Assembly (NCBI GenBank): GCA_964571735.1
Contig: CAZNDD010000001.1
Location: 361 to 64,360 of the forward strand
DNA: 64,000 nucleotides
Direction: 5' to 3'
Source of the DNA: an uncultured Muribaculaceae bacterium
Lineage (GTDB): Bacteria; Bacteroidota; Bacteroidia; Bacteroidales; UBA932
Shown here: piece by piece, positions 1 to 8,058 of the stretch
How the letters are laid out: each line of letters opens with the position of its first letter
Numbering within the stretch: the first letter of the stretch is position 1
The notes under the pieces: model-generated
The model's database searches: none
Seen by the model: the letters and a program-made list of their open reading frames with translations, nothing else
Told to the model about the DNA's origin: nothing
Position numbers and translations under genes: made by a program

Positions 1-481
1 TATGAGCAACAGGACGCTTGAGGGTGACGCTCTGGAGGTCACTACCGGAAACAGTGTAGGTCAGATTGGCTGCAAATGAGTCAAAGGTATTATTATTGAC
101 CATGGGTGTGCTTGCGCTGACTATGAAATCACCATTTCGGAAAGATACAGTACCCGATAGAGCAGCACTGTATGCATAGAATCCGAGCTTGTAAGTCTGA
201 CCCTTTGCAAGAGCAAGAGACAGAGTAGTAGTTCCGCTGTAGCTGATCTGCTCGGCAGCAACAAGGCAGTCTGAAGTCTCGTTGTAGACCACATAAGCAA
301 GCTCACCAATATTAGAGCCATCACCGATAGCACGTGTTCCGATGGCACCCTCTGCGTCAACTACAAATGACACAGTAGCGGTCTCCCCGGATTCGGTCTC
401 GATGAGATCCTCATGCGAGCAAGATGTTGCGAACAGCATTCCAGCTGCTGCGAACATACCTAAGAAAAGTTTTTTATTCAT
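1..481 (-). CDS. Fimbrillin-family (type V pilin-like) lipoprotein; 5' part only, ORF runs off the left window edge
   Basis: My own reverse-strand translation from ATG 481-479 gives MNKKLFLGMFAAAGMLFATSCSHEDL... (lipoprotein signal plus Cys) and stays open to position 1. It has GAIGTR/AIGDG after the first strand and TLKRPVAH, both shared with the neighbouring pilin-like ORFs. It is absent from the supplied ORF track because there is no stop inside the window. Confidence 0.7.
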   Translation of the reverse strand, partial: MNKKLFLGMFAAAGMLFATSCSHEDLIETESGETATVSFVVDAEGAIGTRAIGDGSNIGELAYVVYNETSDCLVAAEQISYSGTTTLSLALAKGQTYKLGFYAYSAALSGTVSFRNGDFIVSASTPMVNNNTFDSFAANLTYTVSGSDLQSVTLKRPVAH

Positions 482-511
482 TGTACTTATAAATTAAAGG
501 TTCGTATGGTT

Positions 512-1381
512 TTAATCTGTTGTATATGCAGCATCCAAACTGACGGTATAATTGACTGAGCCCGTCATCAATGCACCTACGATGTTGGTGTTATGGTTTG
601 CTGCAGAAGGGACATTGTTAACCGTGCACTCATAAATTAGCGACTCGCCAGCACTGCCCTTATGTCCATATATGGAGTATTTGGGGTCAACATTGCTTCC
701 ATCTGTAAAGACAAGGAAAGAGGCAAGAGTATAGTAGTCATTACCACCGGTGGTGAGTGTCCCGCCAGTGACGGGGAGCGTCATAACTTTACTACTGACA
801 GAAGTTGCAGTCTGCTCAAGAACATTGTATGACGCGACAGCAGGGACTTCTACACTCATCTTGCTGAGAGTGTACCCAAAAGCATCCACTGTAGACTTCT
901 CACCTGCGCTGATACCGAAGTTAATCTGTGCAAGAGGGCGGGTAAGCGTCACAGGCACATTGGTGCTATTGTTTACGACAAACTCACCGGTGCTATTGGT
1001 AAAGCACTCATAGACAGTGGGGTCTCCATTGAAAGCATCACTGACTGCAACGGCTTTGAGGTCGGTGACATTGTAAGCATTATCTTTCATCGCCCAGAAA
1101 GCTACCCTATAGCTGTGCCCCTTGATAAGGCGGGGTGAGTAAACTATCGCCTGCCCATCCACGATGTCTATAACTTTGCGCAAAGCAGGGATTTCTACAT
1201 CGTTCTCGAATGTGGCACACACGACCTTGTTAACTACGAGGTCTCCGGCAACACGAGTCTGAGGCGTGGGCAGTTCTGCACTGAAACTCACCTTTACAGA
1301 CTCCCCAATAAGCACCTCATTCTTCGCGCACGACACGAAAAACAAAGGCATTGCGAGTAATAAAAGAATCGATTTTTTCAT
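512..1381 (-). CDS. Fimbrillin-family (type V pilin-like) lipoprotein
   Basis: 289-aa ORF with lipobox MKKSILLLLAMPLFFVSC. PQTR/VAGD is a putative propeptide cleavage site after the first strand. TLTRPLAQINFG motif is shared with flanking pilin-like ORFs. 4-nt gap to the upstream gene. Confidence 0.75.
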   Translation of the reverse strand: MKKSILLLLAMPLFFVSCAKNEVLIGESVKVSFSAELPTPQTRVAGDLVVNKVVCATFENDVEIPALRKVIDIVDGQAIVYSPRLIKGHSYRVAFWAMKDNAYNVTDLKAVAVSDAFNGDPTVYECFTNSTGEFVVNNSTNVPVTLTRPLAQINFGISAGEKSTVDAFGYTLSKMSVEVPAVASYNVLEQTATSVSSKVMTLPVTGGTLTTGGNDYYTLASFLVFTDGSNVDPKYSIYGHKGSAGESLIYECTVNNVPSAANHNTNIVGALMTGSVNYTVSLDAAYTTD

Positions 1382-1385
1382 TATG

Positions 1386-3863
1386 TTAAATTAGCCTTGA
1401 ACCATCAATGTACACCTTACCGCGTTGTGCAAGAGACAATGAGAATCCACCGACAAACTTCGATTTTTCATCTTTGTCATTCTCATATGTATTGCCTGAA
1501 ACGTTGCACCGATTGATATCTATCCTCTGAGAACTACTATCCAGCCTTGTCGTGCCAACAAACTGATTAACATACCTCAAGAACGAGTTCGTGCAATTAA
1601 TCACAGAATTGGTCACGCTAACGCCCTCTATCAAGGCGCTCTGCTGGATAAATCCGACTAAACCGCCCATCTCTCCTGACGCTGTAAATGTCTCACCTGT
1701 CAAATGCAAATAAGAATTCTCGAGACGAAGCTTATTTATAGAAGAATTCTTGACTGTGTAGAATGAAGCTGCAGATGTCACAAAACCATTGAGGCCTCCA
1801 GATTTGGATATTCCCAATACATACGCATCTTGAATATGAATATTCTCTGCAGTATAATTACCTTCAACATACGCACAAAGCGTAGCAGCGTATGCCGTTT
1901 CTGTTCCTTCAGTCGGCTTGACCGATACTGATGAATTGGAAAACTTGAGATTCTTATGAACGGTAGTACCTGAAGACTGCCCGATAAATGCGCCTATCCA
2001 ATTGGTCACATTCACAAGGAGATTGTATATGGTATAATTTCCGCCATCAAGCGAAGAAATACTATAAATAGGCGAGAAAGGATTACTCGAAGTACTCTTC
2101 ACACCGCCGAGGTCGACATTGGATTTGAATGTCACGGAGGCGTGGCTGCCTCCCTGGAGATAAGCAAGGTCAAATGCAGAATAGATGACTTTCGCTCCGC
2201 TTTCGACCAGAGGCTCAACCTTCTTGACGCCATCCCAGCGGGGGACGAAACGGACTTCGCCATAATTCACGACACCGCGGCTGAAAGTCTCATCTCCGAG
2301 CCAAGCATTGTATTTGGAATAATCAGTGTCCGCGAGCCACGCACCCTCATTGCCTTCGCGATAAGGAGACGCGTAATCCGCTACATTTGAAGCGGTAGTC
2401 GTGCAGTTGGATGAGAAGTTAATGGTCTCATTACCATCGTAACCGCTCAATAATCCCACGAACAGACCTTCACTCTGGGAACCTGACACAGAGACATTGT
2501 CAGCATGACAATCGTCAAACGTGAGGGTAAGAGTCTCGCTACGATCCTTGACGGACTTGCGTACCACATATCCAACCATTCCACCAGCAGCTCCGTTGGT
2601 CGTGGAGACCACGGCATTCTTTACGGTTACGGAAGACATCGAGCCGCTTCCCTGCAAGGTGTTGACAAGTGCCCCGACATGGCCGGTCGCACCGCCGACA
2701 GTTATACCGTCAATAGTCAAGTTCTTAAGTATCAAATCAGTAACATTACCAAAGAGACCTCCGTCAGAAGCAACGACATTCTTGATAGTGTGTCCGCCAC
2801 CATCCACGGTACTGCCCTGAGGGAGTTTCACTGAAGAGAGTGAATGGCTTCCCATATTAAGGTCCTTGGAGACGATAAATGTGCGATTGGACTCCAAAGT
2901 GAGTCCATTGACAGCGAGCCACGCCAAATCAGAAGTCTCATCAATGACATAACGGTTCTGATCGTCAACTACAGGCACTGTCAATGTACTTCCGTCCCAA
3001 ATATCCTCAGGCAAGCCGACGATAGTACCGAGCACATTGGTGCGCTTGTTGGCAGCTATCGTGACAGAAGAAAGAACCTGTTCTGTAACGACTGCGCCAT
3101 CCTGTTTGATACGGCAGGTCGCAGAAATAACTCCTGACTCAGGAACGAAAATATAATTGGTGGCAACATAATAGTAGGAATCGCCACCTGATGTAAGGAC
3201 TTCACCGGTAAAATCAGCGAATGTAAAGACTTTGTCTACACCGCTGCCGACACCCTTACCTGTAAATACATCAAAAGAGAGAGGCAGACCCTCAAAGCTG
3301 ATTTCCGAGACATGAGTCCCCGCAATGGGCTCGGTGCTGTCATCAGCAATATTCAACTGTGCGAAAGGCCTCTTGAGAGTTACGGATTTATTTGCATTGC
3401 CACTTGATACAGAGATAGATGACAAAGCATAGAACGCATCCAACTGCTCCATTTTGGCGAAGCCTCCATCGAGGTAATCTGTATAGTCAGCAGTGATGAT
3501 TCCACTTTCAGAAACCGTATAGGCAGTGTTGTCACTATCGTAAGCCCAGAAGAGGAGCTGATAGTTATGACCTGACAAGAGCCTCAATTCGACACCGTCA
3601 ACAAGAGCCTCATCAAGAGGCCAGACAATACGGGAAATCTCTACCGGAGATGAATTTTCGTAAACGGTCACCATGAGTTCATCGGCCCCAGTGCCGTCGC
3701 TAATCGCCTTTGTATAAAGAGAAGAGTCAAAGTCAGGAGTAAATACCACAGACACGGTTTCACCCCCCCCTACAGGTTTCAAATCATCTTTGAAGCATGA
3801 GGCAAGCACGGGTAAAGCTATGGCAAAGATGCTTGCCTTGATATATGTACGCACCTTCAACAT
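1386..3863 (-). CDS. Large type V pilin-like lipoprotein fused to two GLUG-motif (beta-helix-type) modules; putative pilus tip adhesin
   Basis: The N-terminal ~300 aa are pilin-like (MLKVRTYIKASIFAIALPVLASC lipobox, LYTK/AISDG, TLKRPFAQLNIAD). The C-terminal ~540 aa carry two WDG...DGGxxTIxN modules followed by GGLFGNV, GHVGALV, AGGMVGYV, EGLFVGLL, IGAFIGQ, GGLNGFV and GGLVGFI repeats. I place the start at the internal Met (3863), 4 nt after the upstream stop. The ORF-track start at 3899 would overlap the upstream gene by 32 nt. Confidence 0.75.
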   Translation of the reverse strand: MLKVRTYIKASIFAIALPVLASCFKDDLKPVGGGETVSVVFTPDFDSSLYTKAISDGTGADELMVTVYENSSPVEISRIVWPLDEALVDGVELRLLSGHNYQLLFWAYDSDNTAYTVSESGIITADYTDYLDGGFAKMEQLDAFYALSSISVSSGNANKSVTLKRPFAQLNIADDSTEPIAGTHVSEISFEGLPLSFDVFTGKGVGSGVDKVFTFADFTGEVLTSGGDSYYYVATNYIFVPESGVISATCRIKQDGAVVTEQVLSSVTIAANKRTNVLGTIVGLPEDIWDGSTLTVPVVDDQNRYVIDETSDLAWLAVNGLTLESNRTFIVSKDLNMGSHSLSSVKLPQGSTVDGGGHTIKNVVASDGGLFGNVTDLILKNLTIDGITVGGATGHVGALVNTLQGSGSMSSVTVKNAVVSTTNGAAGGMVGYVVRKSVKDRSETLTLTFDDCHADNVSVSGSQSEGLFVGLLSGYDGNETINFSSNCTTTASNVADYASPYREGNEGAWLADTDYSKYNAWLGDETFSRGVVNYGEVRFVPRWDGVKKVEPLVESGAKVIYSAFDLAYLQGGSHASVTFKSNVDLGGVKSTSSNPFSPIYSISSLDGGNYTIYNLLVNVTNWIGAFIGQSSGTTVHKNLKFSNSSVSVKPTEGTETAYAATLCAYVEGNYTAENIHIQDAYVLGISKSGGLNGFVTSAASFYTVKNSSINKLRLENSYLHLTGETFTASGEMGGLVGFIQQSALIEGVSVTNSVINCTNSFLRYVNQFVGTTRLDSSSQRIDINRCNVSGNTYENDKDEKSKFVGGFSLSLAQRGKVYIDGSRLI
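3763..3770 (-). repeat. Homopolymeric G8 tract (C8 on + strand) inside the 5' coding region of the adhesin gene
   Basis: Read directly: + strand cacccccccctac. The coding strand GTA GGG GGG GGT encodes V-G-G-G about 30 codons after the start. Confidence 0.95.
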
Positions 3864-3867
3864 CTTC

Positions 3868-4905
3868 CTACGAAATCGGAATAATAAATTCACCTTCAAA
3901 TGAAGGATCTATACCTACGCCTCCCGATGCGTTCTGCATCAAGAACTTACCCTTCATCAAAGTGTGTTCGCTACGGCGAAGAGGCACGTTGATAGGCGAA
4001 GTCATGGACAACTGCGTCCCGTTTTCACTGTATATGCCAACCTGAATAGTCACAGAAGACTCACGGCCGTTGACGAACACGTAGTCGAAGCCCAACGAGG
4101 CCTCCCTTTCGCTCAGACGCAGAAGCCTTCCGTTGAAACTCACACCAGTCGTGGAGTCTGACGGCTTGTCGGTGAACATATTGAACGTATTGGGCATATA
4201 ACCCACATAGTAATACACTATCTTATAGGTATTCAGATCGATAGCCTTGGTTGCATCGTCACCTACATCAGTCTTGCCGGCAAGAGCAGCCTTCACTTCC
4301 CTATCGATAAATTCCAGAATATCGGTCGTCACAAATTCGAACTTCGCCAAGGGACGAACCATCTCCACCTCAAATGTCTCAGGCTCGTGCTCCACGGCAC
4401 TGCCTTTAACACTGATTTCACCGAGACCACGAAACGCATCCCTATATTCGTAGTTGCCGATGTGCGTGGCAAAAGTAATCTGAGAGAAGTTGTCTATGTT
4501 ATAGAAGTGCCTATCTTCTGTGCTCTCCCTAAGGTCTGCCCAGACCATCAGAGAATAGTCACCCTCAGGTACGGAGAGTTCAAATGTGTCGTTATAACCC
4601 TCTGAAAGATCTTTCGTGAATATGAACTCCTCCGAGTAAGTCGAGCGGGTCGAGCGTGTACCCTGAGGATAGAGACGCACGACATAGCGCATCTCTCCGC
4701 TCGTAAGCACGCTCCTGGACGGCACGGTTGTCTTACTGTCTTCCGGAACAGGATATTCCCACTGAGGGAAGTCTGTTGTGAAGTTTAGTTTCAGTTTGAT
4801 ATCTGTATACTTGGGAGCCACAGGGAACTCGTGCAAGTCACAAGATGACACGAGAGGCAACAGAGCAATCAATGCCAAAGTAAGGCGACGCATTATCTTA
4901 TTCAT
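3868..4905 (-). CDS. FimB/Mfa2-family fimbrial anchor-like lipoprotein
   Basis: 345-aa ORF with lipobox MNKIMRRLTLALIALLPLVSSC and an MVRPLAKFEFV motif related to the pilin KRPxAxxNF motif. It sits between the OM-protein gene and the pilin genes, as in Mfa/Fim loci. ATGA overlap with the upstream stop. Confidence 0.65.
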   Translation of the reverse strand: MNKIMRRLTLALIALLPLVSSCDLHEFPVAPKYTDIKLKLNFTTDFPQWEYPVPEDSKTTVPSRSVLTSGEMRYVVRLYPQGTRSTRSTYSEEFIFTKDLSEGYNDTFELSVPEGDYSLMVWADLRESTEDRHFYNIDNFSQITFATHIGNYEYRDAFRGLGEISVKGSAVEHEPETFEVEMVRPLAKFEFVTTDILEFIDREVKAALAGKTDVGDDATKAIDLNTYKIVYYYVGYMPNTFNMFTDKPSDSTTGVSFNGRLLRLSEREASLGFDYVFVNGRESSVTIQVGIYSENGTQLSMTSPINVPLRRSEHTLMKGKFLMQNASGGVGIDPSFEGEFIIPIS

Positions 4906-6131
4906 TTGCGACCTCCTTTCTTTCCGAGTGTATAGGTAAGGGAGACAGATGCCTGGTCGATACCGAAGGCGGTCTTCTCATTGGTATCCACGAGCAGACC
5001 GTTAGGCTCATTGCGGAAGCGGTCATAGTGGAGTTTGTAGACACCGGCGCCCAGAGAGAACTCGAGATTGAGTCTACCGCTGCGCGTCAGGGGAAGTCTG
5101 TATCCTATAGCGAGACCACCGCCGAGTGCGGGGGCTTCTCCATCATGGTCCTGATATCTATATTCGCCATTCAGAGCGACATTATACCATGCAGTGCCGA
5201 AGTGCGCACCAGCGAACCACGAGTCGTAGCTGTCACCGAAATAGTAGCGCAGTTCAGGCTGGAAAGCGAAAGTTCTGAACTTGAGTGTAGGGCTGAAGTA
5301 GTTCCATGCGGACCAATAAAGAGGCAACGCAATGGAGATATGGTCAGTGAGGTCGAACTCCACTGCACCATTAATCATACCGAGACCCCAGCCTATGGCA
5401 TTGGTCTTCAATGTAATGGGGAGACGCCAGATATAATCTCTGGAGCTATCCTCTCTGGGGGCGAGGGTATTGTCTGATGATTCGTCTACAACAAGATAGT
5501 CTGTAAGCGTATCCGATGCAGGAATGGCAGAGACCTTGGTAAATGTCACGAACACCACATAGGCGGTTCTCATGTCGTGGAAGTACTTGTCGCTGAGAAT
5601 CTTCCAGGTCTTACCTCCGTCCAGTTTCTGAAGTTTAAGTATACGTCTGTCGATGTATGCTCCGCGTCTATACTCAACGAGCTCTGGAGTTTCATCTATA
5701 ATGGAGAAAACTTCTTCATAACCCTCAATCACATCCGACTCCTTCATCCAATTCTTGAGAAGTTCGAGGGGAATGCGGTCGTATTCGCGGGTGATGATAC
5801 TATCGGGGATGGAAATCTCGTTTCTTACTATGCTTTCCAATGCTGCAAGGCGTTCTACCGAAAGCCTATGGTTGAGGGCGTCGCTGCCTTCAGGAGAGGC
5901 AGATCCGTAGAATGTCACGGACTTGATGCTCGTTGTGCTATCCTGCTGTACTTCAGACAAGAAGTTCAGCATGCGACGAAGGCTCTCACCATTGGACCTA
6001 TAGTCAGGGTCCAACTCAACATCTCGCACGCGGAAATAAAAACTTGTTTCCGTGTGACTTTCTTGTGATAGGGCCGTGGTCGCTCCCATCAACAAAATAG
6101 CTAATATAGTATAGAGTCTCTTGATACTCAT
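4902..6131 (-). CDS. Pilus-locus-associated outer-membrane protein (DUF3868-like N-terminal domain plus DUF3575-like beta-barrel)
   Basis: 409-aa ORF with signal peptide MSIKRLYTILAILLMGATTALSQ. N-terminal FYFRVRDVELDPDYRSNGESL...FYGSASPEGSDALNHRLSVERL pattern. C-terminal aromatic-rich alternating strands (LKTNAIGWGLGMINGAVEFDL...). First gene of the pilus operon. The family assignment is from memory of Bacteroides Mfa-type loci. Confidence 0.65.
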   Translation of the reverse strand: MSIKRLYTILAILLMGATTALSQESHTETSFYFRVRDVELDPDYRSNGESLRRMLNFLSEVQQDSTTSIKSVTFYGSASPEGSDALNHRLSVERLAALESIVRNEISIPDSIITREYDRIPLELLKNWMKESDVIEGYEEVFSIIDETPELVEYRRGAYIDRRILKLQKLDGGKTWKILSDKYFHDMRTAYVVFVTFTKVSAIPASDTLTDYLVVDESSDNTLAPREDSSRDYIWRLPITLKTNAIGWGLGMINGAVEFDLTDHISIALPLYWSAWNYFSPTLKFRTFAFQPELRYYFGDSYDSWFAGAHFGTAWYNVALNGEYRYQDHDGEAPALGGGLAIGYRLPLTRSGRLNLEFSLGAGVYKLHYDRFRNEPNGLLVDTNEKTAFGIDQASVSLTYTLGKKGGRK

Positions 6132-6165
6132 ATGCTTTCCCCCTAAGAGAGAGACGATTTGACTA

Positions 6166-6173
6166 CAAAGTTA
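6166..6173 (-). promoter_or_regulatory. Candidate Bacteroides-type -7 promoter box (TAACTTTG) for the pilus operon
   Basis: The reverse strand reads TAACTTTG, matching the TAnnTTTG consensus, about 35 nt upstream of ATG 6131. Confidence 0.35.
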
Positions 6174-6289
6174 AGTATTTCTTTACAAAAATTTAACGCC
6201 TATGTTTAGTTGTCAAGTCCATTTTTTTGACTTGCTTTAGCGACAAGAACTAACAAGGCCTTTATTTTTAAGTATTTACACACATTTTA

Positions 6290-6298
6290 CCCCCCCCC
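6290..6298. repeat. Homopolymeric C9 tract in the divergent pilus / efflux intergenic region
   Basis: Read directly: cacattttaCCCCCCCCCtatg. About 160 nt upstream of the pilus operon start codon and about 285 nt upstream of the TolC start. Confidence 0.95.
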
Positions 6299-6582
6299 TA
6301 TGAAATTTTTATTCATTTTAGTTCATTTTGATAAGTAAAGAGTTTCTTTACATATCTCAAGGGCGCATATGTCAGTTTTAGCCCCTAAAAAAAAGATTGA
6401 GTGCAATATTGACGAAGATAAAATGTCAACTTTCAGTTTACATCTGCAAGAATCGCCATCTTTAAATACGCGACACAATGGCAGTAGAGACAAACGGCAA
6501 CCAAAACACCTGAAAATTATCCTATATACGAAAGTGGTATGTTTTTTGATGAAAAGTCGCGGTTTTAAATACTTTAGATAAA

Positions 6583-8052
6583 GTGAAAGTTAGTTTAGTG
6601 TTGGGGCTGATGGCAGCCTCAAGCCTTTTTAGCGCAGTGGGTTACGCCGCAACGGACAACGACGTACAGGTCACAACCCCCTCGGATTCAATTCAGACAG
6701 ACACCACCAGGATCAGTCTCGAGCAGGCACTTCAGATAGCTCTCAGCGAGAATGTGTCCGTCAAAGTGGCAGACAAAGAAGTAGAACGCGCACAGTATGC
6801 CAAGAAAGGCAGCTATGCGTCATTGTTCCCTCAGATTGACGGTTCGGCATCGTTCCAGCGCACCATCGAAAAGCAGGTGATGTATATGGATTTCGACATG
6901 TCATCCATCATGGGCGGAGGCAGTAGTGAAGCCCCTGAAGGCAGCGAATCAGGAAGCAGTGCAACCACTTCATCCTCAAGCTCAGACAAAGGAGGCGGCG
7001 GAATGGAAGTCGGTAGGTGGAATACCTTTGCGACAGGCGTGAATGCCTCTCTTCCCGTTGTCAATTTCCAGCTTTGGGAATCCCTGAAAATCAGCGGACA
7101 GGATGTAGAACTCGCGGTGGAGAAAGCCCGCAGCAGCCGCATCGAGATGGTGACACAGGTCAAGAGAGCTTATTTCCAGGTACTTTTCGCCAAGGAAGCA
7201 GCAGCTGTCTACAAGGAAGTGTATGACAACGCCCTCATGAACTACGAGAAAATCAAGATGCGTTACGATGTCAAGAGTGCATCGGAGCTAGACCTCGCAC
7301 GTTCACTTACGAGCCTTGCCAACGCCATACCTAACATGTATGACTCCCAGAACAATGTCACATTGGCACTCTGGCAGCTCAAGGCACTTATGGGAGTGGA
7401 TCTTGACATGAACATAGACACCGAAGGTTCGCTTCACGACTATGCTTCGGAGATGACCATCCTATATAAAGATGAAGAACTCTCACTTGAGCACAACTCG
7501 ACACTCAAGCAGCTCGCGATTCAGGCAGAACAGCTCGCATCCAATGTCAAGGCCAACCAATACGCATATCTCCCGAGTCTCTCGGTAGCATTTGTCTACC
7601 AGTTCAACGCGATGGCCAACGATTTCAACTTCTCGAATTACCGTTGGACTCCTTACTCGTATGTAGGAGTGAGTCTCAATATCCCCATTTTCTCCGGAGG
7701 CAAGAGGCTCAATAATGTGCGTGTAGCCAAGGTTCAGGCAAGCGAGCTTGATCTCCAGAGGGTCGAGACCGAAAGACAGCTCCGCATCTCCATTCGCCAG
7801 AACATCAACTCTATGGAGAGTGCTATGCGCAGTTTCGAAGCTGCGGACCAGGCCCTTGAGAGCGCACGCAAGTCCTATGACATCACCCTCGCATCTTACG
7901 AGATAGGCGGATGCACCTATACTGACCTCAACGATGCCCAGCTCGCCCTTACACAGGCAAGTCTCTCGGCAGGACAGGCAGTTTACAATTATCTCACAGC
8001 AAAGGCAGGACTCGAAGGAGTTCTCGGCAATGATTTCCTTGAAGAAAAATAA
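6583..8052 (+). CDS. TolC-family outer-membrane efflux protein
   Basis: 489-aa ORF. A GTG start gives signal peptide MKVSLVLGLMAASSLFSAVGYA. OEP/TolC-type repeat sequence (ISLEQALQIALSENVSVKVADKEVERA...). First gene of a tightly spaced efflux operon. Confidence 0.85.
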   Translation: MKVSLVLGLMAASSLFSAVGYAATDNDVQVTTPSDSIQTDTTRISLEQALQIALSENVSVKVADKEVERAQYAKKGSYASLFPQIDGSASFQRTIEKQVMYMDFDMSSIMGGGSSEAPEGSESGSSATTSSSSSDKGGGGMEVGRWNTFATGVNASLPVVNFQLWESLKISGQDVELAVEKARSSRIEMVTQVKRAYFQVLFAKEAAAVYKEVYDNALMNYEKIKMRYDVKSASELDLARSLTSLANAIPNMYDSQNNVTLALWQLKALMGVDLDMNIDTEGSLHDYASEMTILYKDEELSLEHNSTLKQLAIQAEQLASNVKANQYAYLPSLSVAFVYQFNAMANDFNFSNYRWTPYSYVGVSLNIPIFSGGKRLNNVRVAKVQASELDLQRVETERQLRISIRQNINSMESAMRSFEAADQALESARKSYDITLASYEIGGCTYTDLNDAQLALTQASLSAGQAVYNYLTAKAGLEGVLGNDFLEEK

Positions 8053-8058
8053 GTAAAG

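Noticed and set aside
6171-6277. Search for an invertible-promoter (fimbrial switch) structure upstream of the pilus operon.
   Set aside because: I found only short direct repeats (TTAAGTATTT at 6171-6180 and 6268-6277; TTTCTTTACA twice) and a 7-bp hairpin (GTAAAGA-gtt-TCTTTAC). There is no pair of inverted repeats of 15 bp or more flanking a promoter, and no nearby recombinase gene.
6369-6581. 70-aa ORF ending 1 nt before the TolC GTG start, and a 12-codon mini-ORF (MKFLFILVHFDK) starting at 6300 right after the C9 tract.
   Set aside because: Both lie in an AT-rich promoter spacer. The amino-acid composition is unlike the neighbouring genes, and I see no recognisable motif or signal. They are more likely chance ORFs. 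A leader-peptide role cannot be excluded without ribosome profiling.
6910-7005. Gly/Ser-rich ~32-aa insertion (GGGSSEAPEGSESGSSATTSSSSSDKGGGG) in the TolC-family protein.
   Set aside because: It is a low-complexity linker, probably in a surface or equatorial loop. It is in frame, with no repeat-unit structure at the DNA level. Not enough to call anything functional.
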